Shown piece after piece: positions 57,878 through 64,000 of a stretch of 64,000 bases of DNA (its first letter is position 1; each line of letters opens with the position of its first letter). A model generated the notes under the pieces. That model made no database searches and was not told where the DNA came from. It was given only the letters and a program-made list of their open reading frames with translations. Origin of the DNA: Myxococcales bacterium (lineage in GTDB: Bacteria > Myxococcota_A > UBA9042). The position numbers were made by a program, and so were the translations under genes. Location of the stretch: NCBI GenBank assembly GCA_037441385.1, contig JBBISH010000021.1, positions 1 through 64,000 of the forward strand. Direction: 5' to 3'.

Positions 57878-60838
57878 TCAGGGGCAGCTGCCGTTGACGG
57901 ATTTGGGCGAGGCCTTGTCCGTCGACGAAGAGCTGAACGTCAGCTGCGAGTAGCACCAATACTTGAGCTGGGCCGCATCGGCTGCGTTGAAGTGGTTTGC
58001 ATCCAGTTGATAGCTTTGGGCAAGCGGCTGTTGGCCAAACGCGATCATGGCGATGCGCGTGGTGGCCGGGCAGGTTGGATCCGGCGTCAAGCAGGCTAGG
58101 TCGCCTGAATTGCCAAAGGATACGCTGTTCGAGCTGTAGCCGTACACGTACTCGGGCGCGGGCGCACCTTCGCTGGCGGCGATGTCGACGGCGGCGAGGA
58201 CGGCAAACTCGCCGGGCTTCATGTAGAAACCGCCGGCCTTGACCAGCTTGACGCAGAAGCTGGAGTCGCAGAGGTACAGGCCGTTCAGGTCCACGGTGTG
58301 GGTGGCGGCGCTGTAGAGCTCGACCCATTCGTTGGCGGCGGTGGCCGGCCGGGCCATCACTTCCGTGATCAGCACTTCGCCGGGTTGCGGTGCGGGGACG
58401 AGGTCGAGCACGCAGCCCGTACAGCCGTCGCCCGCGGTGGTGTTGCCGTCGTCGCACTGCTCGCCCGATTCCAGCTTGCCGTTGCCGCAGTACGGCGCGG
58501 CGACGCAGGTGCCGGCGCTGCACCACTGCTTGTCGCCGCAGGCCGTCTGGTCGGCCACGCTGGTGTGGCTGCAGCCCTGGCCCGCGACGCAACTGTCGGT
58601 CGTGCAAGGATTATTATCGTTGCACACGGCCGCGGTGCCGCCCACGCACTTGCCGCCGCTGCAGGCGTCGTCCAGGGTGCAGGGGTCGCCATCGTTGCAG
58701 GTGCCGGTCTTGGGGGCGTGCGCGCAGGTCCCGGTGCCGTCGCAGAGGTCGATGGTGCAGGCCAGGCCGTCATTGCAGTTCTTCAGGGTGCCTTTGCAGA
58801 CGCCGGTGGTGCAGACGTCGCCAGTGGTGCAGGGGTTTTCGTCGCTGCAGGCGCCGGTGGTAGGTGTGTAGATGCAGCCGGACTTGGCGTCGCAACTATC
58901 GATGGTGCAAGGATTGCCGTCGTTGCATTGCAGGGGTTGCGCGCCGGTGCAAGCGCCGACCTGGCAGGTGGACGAGGTGGTGCACGCGCTGCCGTCGTCG
59001 CACGGCTGGCCCTCGTTCTTGGCCGAGAGGGCGCACTTGCCGGTCGCCTCGCTGCAGACGTTGGCGGCGCAGGTGGTGTCGCCGCTCGCGTCGCACTGCA
59101 CGGCGGTGCCGCCCTTGTACTTGCAGGCATAGGGCGCGGCGGCCTTGTCGCAGTAGGCGACGCCCAGGCACGGATTGGCGGTGGCGGCGCACTGGCTGTC
59201 CGTCGTGCAGGCGCAAGTCGAGGTCGGTCCGGCGCATTTGCCGCTGGCGTCGCAGACGTCGCCGCCGGTGCAGGGGTTGCCATCGTCGCAGCTGCCGCCC
59301 GCTTTGATGAGGTGGACGCAGCCGGTCGACGGGTTGCAGGCGTCGCTGGTGCAGGCGTTGCCGTCGTCGCAGGCGGTCTTGACGTCGATGGGGACGCCGA
59401 CGCAACTGCCGCCGCTGCAGGCATCGCTGTCCGTGCAGGGGTTTCCGTCGCTGCAGGCGCCGGCGAGGGGTTGGGCGATGCAGTCGCCCTGGGCAGGGTC
59501 GCACGAGTCTTTGGTGCACGGATTGCCGTCGTCGCAGGTCTTGGGCTTGCCGATCCCGCAAACGACGCCGATGCAGGTCTCGCCGGTGGTGCACGGGTCG
59601 CCGTCGCTGCAGGGGCCGGCCTTGGCGGTGCCGGTACAGTCGCCGGACTTGGCATCGCAGCCTACGGTGACGCAAGGGCCTTGGTCGGGGCAGACCTTGA
59701 CTGTGCCGGCCACGCACTTGCCGCCGCTGCAGGTGTCCAAGGGGGTGCAGGCGCTGCCGTCGGCGTCGCAGGCCTGGCCTTCGCTGTTTTGGTGGACGCA
59801 GCCGCTGGCGCCGCACGTGTCGGCGGTGCAGGGGTTGCCGTCGTCGCAGTTGGTGGGAATGCCCGCGCAGACACCGGCGCCGCACTTGTCGGCAATGGTG
59901 CAGGGGTTGCCATCGTCGCAGCTGCCGCTCGATTGGGGGGTGGCGGCGCAGCCGGCCTGCGGGTCGCAACTGTCGGCGGTGCAGGGGTTGCCGTCGTTGC
60001 ACTTGAGCGCCCCAGGGCTGTGGCCGCAGCCGGTAGCGGCGCCGCAGGTGTCGGTGGTGCACAAGTTGTTGTCGTCGCACTGGATCGGGGCCGCCCAGCC
60101 GCCGCCGTCTTTGGCACAGGCGAACCAGGCGCCGTCTAGGCACGAGCCGACGCTGCACGCCTTGGGCGCGCACTTGCCCTTGGCGGTGTCGCAGAACTGG
60201 CCGTCAGTGCAGTCGCCGGCTTGGGTGCACTCGACGCACTGCCCGCTGTCTTGGTTGCACACGCCGGGACAATCCTTGCTGGACTTGCAGGGTTGCTTGG
60301 CGATGCATTGGTTGTCGGTGCAGACACCGTCGCCACAGTCGGCCGAGGTGGTGCACGGCACGCAGACCGAGTGCGCCTCGTCGCAGACCTGGCCCAGTGA
60401 CTTGCAGTCTTTGTCGGATTTGCAGACCGCCGTGGCGGTGCAAGCGTGCCCGCTGCACATCGAGCCGGCCGGGCAGTCGGCGCTAGTCAGGCACGCGACG
60501 CAGGCGTGGTGGTTGGGGTCGCAGACCCACGGCGCGCTGCACGGGACGCTGGCGTCGCACGGGGTGGCGCTGACGGCGGGGCCGACACTCGTATCGCTGG
60601 TGGAGTCCGCGGAAATGTCTGGGGCGACGTCGGTTTGGCCGTCAGCACCGCCGTCGCTGGGATCGGTGCTGTCGCCGGGGCCGCCGCTGCTGTCGCTGGG
60701 GCCGAGTTGGTCCAGGCCGGTGACGCTGTCTTGGCCGGGGACGACGCCGGTGTTGCCGCTGCTGCCCGTGGTGCCGGCGCAGGCGGTGGCGAGCAGGGCA
60801 ACTCCCAGAGCACAGAGGTAGGAACGCGTGGAGATCAT
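57878..60838 (-). CDS. Large Cys-rich lipoprotein (CDDGNPCT repeats, DUF4215-like repeat) with a C-terminal lamin-tail domain
   Basis: GGAG SD, ATG 60838, lipobox ATAC; many CxDGxPCTxDxC repeats; GEVLITEVM...NEWVELY...VDLNG. Confidence 0.85.
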   Translation of the reverse strand: MISTRSYLCALGVALLATACAGTTGSSGNTGVVPGQDSVTGLDQLGPSDSSGGPGDSTDPSDGGADGQTDVAPDISADSTSDTSVGPAVSATPCDASVPCSAPWVCDPNHHACVACLTSADCPAGSMCSGHACTATAVCKSDKDCKSLGQVCDEAHSVCVPCTTSADCGDGVCTDNQCIAKQPCKSSKDCPGVCNQDSGQCVECTQAGDCTDGQFCDTAKGKCAPKACSVGSCLDGAWFACAKDGGGWAAPIQCDDNNLCTTDTCGAATGCGHSPGALKCNDGNPCTADSCDPQAGCAATPQSSGSCDDGNPCTIADKCGAGVCAGIPTNCDDGNPCTADTCGASGCVHQNSEGQACDADGSACTPLDTCSGGKCVAGTVKVCPDQGPCVTVGCDAKSGDCTGTAKAGPCSDGDPCTTGETCIGVVCGIGKPKTCDDGNPCTKDSCDPAQGDCIAQPLAGACSDGNPCTDSDACSGGSCVGVPIDVKTACDDGNACTSDACNPSTGCVHLIKAGGSCDDGNPCTGGDVCDASGKCAGPTSTCACTTDSQCAATANPCLGVAYCDKAAAPYACKYKGGTAVQCDASGDTTCAANVCSEATGKCALSAKNEGQPCDDGSACTTSSTCQVGACTGAQPLQCNDGNPCTIDSCDAKSGCIYTPTTGACSDENPCTTGDVCTTGVCKGTLKNCNDGLACTIDLCDGTGTCAHAPKTGTCNDGDPCTLDDACSGGKCVGGTAAVCNDNNPCTTDSCVAGQGCSHTSVADQTACGDKQWCSAGTCVAAPYCGNGKLESGEQCDDGNTTAGDGCTGCVLDLVPAPQPGEVLITEVMARPATAANEWVELYSAATHTVDLNGLYLCDSSFCVKLVKAGGFYMKPGEFAVLAAVDIAASEGAPAPEYVYGYSSNSVSFGNSGDLACLTPDPTCPATTRIAMIAFGQQPLAQSYQLDANHFNAADAAQLKYWCYSQLTFSSSSTDKASPKSVNGSCP

Positions 60839-60920
60839 GATGCAACTCCGACGATGGGTCGGGGACGTTGTGCTTGGGGTTGTGAGGGCCCCCGGGCGGA
60901 TCGTTCGGGAAGCAAGGTTA

Positions 60921-63900
60921 TTACGGGCAAACGGTGTTCTTGGCCTTCGGTGTCCCAAGATTGTTTTTTGTGCCGTACGGCACTTCGCTGAAGCACCAAT
61001 TGGCCGAACTGAATGACTGCGCGAGCGTATACTTGCTGGCGCTTAGCTGGAAGCTCGCCCCCTTGGCCTGAGAATTGAAGTTGATGAACGCAAGTCGCTT
61101 GTTAGACGTGCAATTCACGTCAAATGAAATGCACGCCCAGTCCCCGGAGTTGGCGAACTGGATGGTGAGGTAGTTCATGTCGTAGAGCAGGTCAGGTACC
61201 GGCCCGCCTTCTAGCTTGTCGATTTCGGCCGAAGAGATCAGCGCATACTCACCGGCCTTGATGTAGAAACCGCCCGGTTTGTTGAACTCCAGGGCATACT
61301 TACCGTTCGAGTCGCCAAAGAACAACCCGTTCAAGTCGACCGTGTGATTCGACATGTTGTAGACCTCGATCCACTCATTCTCCCAGGCGGTAGTCGTCCC
61401 CGGAATCGAATGGGTCGTTCCAGGATTCGCCATCACTTCGGTGATCATGATGTCGCCGATCTTGGCCTGGCCGACCGGGTCGAGGACGCAGCCGGTGCAC
61501 CCATCGCCCGCCACGGTGTTGCCGTCGTCGCACTGCTCGCCGGCCTGGACGATGCCGTCGCCGCAGTAGGTCTGTTTGGTGCACGCGCCGCTGAGGCACA
61601 CCATGTTGGTGCCGCAGCTGGTCTTGTCGGCGACGTCGGTGTGCAGGCAACCTTGTGTTGCCGAACAGGTATCGGCGGTGCACGCGTTGCTGTCGTCGCA
61701 GTCGGCCGGGGCGCCGGGTTTGCAGATGCCGCCTTGGCACTTGTCGCCGATGGTGCAGACGCTGCCGTCGGCGTCGCAGCTGATGCCGTCGTTGGTGGCG
61801 CCGATGTGGCTGCAACTAGCGGTGGCCTTGTCGCAGCTGTCGGCCGTGCAAGTCAGATCGTCGGCGCAGTTCAGTGGCGGTCCGGCGGTGCAGACGCCCG
61901 CTTTGCAGACGTCGGGGCCCGTGCAGCCATTGGCGTCGGCGTCGCAGGGGGCCGAGTTGTTTTGGTGGGTGCAGCCCACGCCGTTCTCGCAGGCGTCGCT
62001 GGTGCACGGGCTGCCGTCGTCGCAAGGGAGCGCCGGGCCGGGGGTGCAAACCCCGCCTTGGCACGAGTCGCCGACGGTGCAGATGCTGCTGTCGGCGTTG
62101 CAGGTTTTGCCGTCGGGGAAGGACTTGGTCACGCAGAGGCCGGTGCTGGGGACGCAGGCGGCGTAGGAGCAGAAGGTGTCTTTGCTGGTGTCGCAGTTGA
62201 CGACGGTGGCCGGGTTGGTCTTGCACTGGAAATTGCCCGGCACGCTCTTGTCGCAGTAGGGCTTGCCGTTGCAGATGTCGGCGTCGTCCTTGCAGTCGCT
62301 GTCGACCTGGCACTGGCAGATGGAGGTGCCGGGGGCGCAGGCGCCCTTGCTGCAGGTGTCGCCGCTGGTGCAGGCGTTGCCGTCGTCGCAGGCGGCGGTG
62401 TTGTTGGTGGCGACGCAGCCGGTGCTGGGTTCGCAGGCGTCGTCGGTGCACAAGTTACCGTCGTTGCAGAAGCTTTTGACCTTGCCGATGCATTGACCGC
62501 TGGTGCAGGTGTCGTTGTCGGTGCAGGCGTTGCCGTCGTCGCAGGGCACTTTGGAGAAGGTGTGTTTGCAGCCGGAACCGCTGTCGCAGGTGTCGAGCGT
62601 GCAGGGGTTGTTGTCGGTGCAGTCCAGGGGTTGGCCCACACAGGCGCCGGCACTGCACGCGTCAGCTTGGGTGCAGGCGTTGCCGTCGCTGCAGCCGGTG
62701 GCGTCGGGCTGCGGGCTGCCGGCGCACTTGCCAGTTTCCTCATTGCAGGCCATCACTTGGCAGGCCGCGGCGGCGGGGCAGACTTTGGGCTTGCCGGGCT
62801 GGCATTGGCCGGCCAGGCACACGTCGCCGACGCTGCAAGGCGAACCGTCGTCGCAGGCCGCGCCGTCGTCGTTGACCGCGGTGCAGCCGTTGGACATGCT
62901 ACAACTATCGAAGGTGCAAGGGTTGCCGTCGTCGCACTTCTTGGGTGGGCCGGGCACGCAGAGACCGTTTTGGCAGGCATCGCCTTCGGTGCAGGCGTTG
63001 TTGTCGGCGTTGCAGGTGCCGACGGTGGCGGTGTGGCTGCAGGCGAGCTGGGCGACGTTGCAGAGGTCGGTGGTGCAGGGGTTGGCGTCGTCGCAGGCGA
63101 GGTCGTCGATCTCGCCGTCGCAGTCGTCGTCTTTGCCATTGCAGACTTCGGGTGAGGCGAGGGCCGAACACGCGGACAGCCCGCCTTCGCCGCACTGACG
63201 GACGCCGGAGCACTGCGATTTGCCGCCGCTGGGCGATTGAGCAGAGCAGGACGTGCCAAGCTTGCCGGCCTTGGCGGCGAAGCTGCAGGTGCATTCCGTG
63301 GGGCCGCTGGCGCCGGGCGCAGGCAGGCACTGCGAACCGCTCTTGCCGCCGGAACTGGTGACTTCTTGGCAGGTGTAGGTCGCCGGGCAGTCGTTGTCGG
63401 CGGTGCAGCCGGCGCCGCAGAAGTGGCCGAGAGGGCCGCGGTCGACGCAGAGCGACTTGGCCACGCCCACGCTGGCGCAGTCGGCGTCGCTGTCGCAGGG
63501 GTTGCAGAGGACGGGCCACTTGGGGCGGCAGAGGTAGACAACATCGATGCCGCTTTCGGGGACGCAGACGTAGCCGTCTGGGCACGTGACCTGGCACTCC
63601 GCGGTGCAGATCGTGCCGAAGTTCGGCGTTTCGATGCAGTGACCGCTGTTGCAGTCGGCGCTGGTCTTGCACGGGCAGCCGGGCTCGCCGATGCCGTCGC
63701 AATTCCACGACTTGGGTGCTTCGCTGTCGCTGCTGGTGTCCGCCGCGTCGCCCGCGTCCGCGCTGGCGGTCGTGTCCGTGGCGTCGACGACCGCGGTGTC
63801 GCCGTGGCCCAGGTCACCGAGGCCGACTTCGCCGGCGCCAAGGTCGTTGCCGCCCAAGTCCATGTAGCCAGTCTGGTCGGCGCTGGCGTCGACGTGGCTG

Positions 63901-63995
63901 GCGCCGGGGCCATCAACGGGGGAGCCGCACGAGGCACATAGCGCGGCAACTAGGCTTGCCGCTGCGGCGAGCGCGAAGGCGGGGCGGATCGTCAA
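60921..63995 (-). CDS. Paralogous large Cys-rich lipoprotein with a C-terminal lamin-tail domain; start may lie beyond the window edge
   Basis: Lipobox CASC; EVCNGKDDDCDGEID MopE-like motif; CTxDxC repeats; IMITEVMANP...NEWIEVYN...VDLNG. Confidence 0.85.
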   Translation of the reverse strand: MTIRPAFALAAAASLVAALCASCGSPVDGPGASHVDASADQTGYMDLGGNDLGAGEVGLGDLGHGDTAVVDATDTTASADAGDAADTSSDSEAPKSWNCDGIGEPGCPCKTSADCNSGHCIETPNFGTICTAECQVTCPDGYVCVPESGIDVVYLCRPKWPVLCNPCDSDADCASVGVAKSLCVDRGPLGHFCGAGCTADNDCPATYTCQEVTSSGGKSGSQCLPAPGASGPTECTCSFAAKAGKLGTSCSAQSPSGGKSQCSGVRQCGEGGLSACSALASPEVCNGKDDDCDGEIDDLACDDANPCTTDLCNVAQLACSHTATVGTCNADNNACTEGDACQNGLCVPGPPKKCDDGNPCTFDSCSMSNGCTAVNDDGAACDDGSPCSVGDVCLAGQCQPGKPKVCPAAAACQVMACNEETGKCAGSPQPDATGCSDGNACTQADACSAGACVGQPLDCTDNNPCTLDTCDSGSGCKHTFSKVPCDDGNACTDNDTCTSGQCIGKVKSFCNDGNLCTDDACEPSTGCVATNNTAACDDGNACTSGDTCSKGACAPGTSICQCQVDSDCKDDADICNGKPYCDKSVPGNFQCKTNPATVVNCDTSKDTFCSYAACVPSTGLCVTKSFPDGKTCNADSSICTVGDSCQGGVCTPGPALPCDDGSPCTSDACENGVGCTHQNNSAPCDADANGCTGPDVCKAGVCTAGPPLNCADDLTCTADSCDKATASCSHIGATNDGISCDADGSVCTIGDKCQGGICKPGAPADCDDSNACTADTCSATQGCLHTDVADKTSCGTNMVCLSGACTKQTYCGDGIVQAGEQCDDGNTVAGDGCTGCVLDPVGQAKIGDIMITEVMANPGTTHSIPGTTTAWENEWIEVYNMSNHTVDLNGLFFGDSNGKYALEFNKPGGFYIKAGEYALISSAEIDKLEGGPVPDLLYDMNYLTIQFANSGDWACISFDVNCTSNKRLAFINFNSQAKGASFQLSASKYTLAQSFSSANWCFSEVPYGTKNNLGTPKAKNTVCP

Positions 63996-64000
63996 GGGCA

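Noticed and set aside
57878..63995. CRISPR array or diversity-generating retroelement suggested by recurring GGGTTGCCGTCGTCGCA-type repeats
   Set aside because: The repeats are degenerate, in frame and encode CDDGNPC; no cas gene, reverse transcriptase or template repeat is visible

Overview
GC-rich (about 68-70% by eye) bacterial chromosomal segment, most likely Myxococcota or a related deltaproteobacterial lineage, judged from MYXO-CTERM-like tails, myxobacterial Cys-rich repeats, DUF2330 and a bactofilin. About 46 protein-coding genes are supported. I recognised no rRNA, tRNA, CRISPR array, integrase or transposase. Housekeeping and metabolic genes (czcCBA-like RND system, ileS, M32 carboxypeptidase, an acyl-CoA dehydrogenase/B12 cluster, trmB, a FadF-like Fe-S oxidoreductase, pduO, glk, queD, argF, fadD, typA) alternate with many secreted Cys-rich surface proteins. 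The best lead is a gene the ORF track truncates. At 30638..29169 (minus strand) an SD and signal peptide run in frame into C-A-T-TGA, followed by a SECIS-like hairpin. This predicts a CxxU selenoprotein: an outer-membrane beta-barrel fused to a C-terminal thioredoxin, in an operon with a second thioredoxin lipoprotein and an ABC permease. Other leads are a translationally coupled NlpC/P60 surface-hydrolase triad, a polyprenol-P-mannose synthase plus DUF2723 glycosyltransferase pair, tandem QueD and PTPS-III paralogs, a probably inactive acyl-CoA dehydrogenase subunit, a likely ATC start codon, and tandem LTD-tipped Cys-rich proteins, one with a low-GC tip. All family calls come from motif recognition by eye; no database searches were run.
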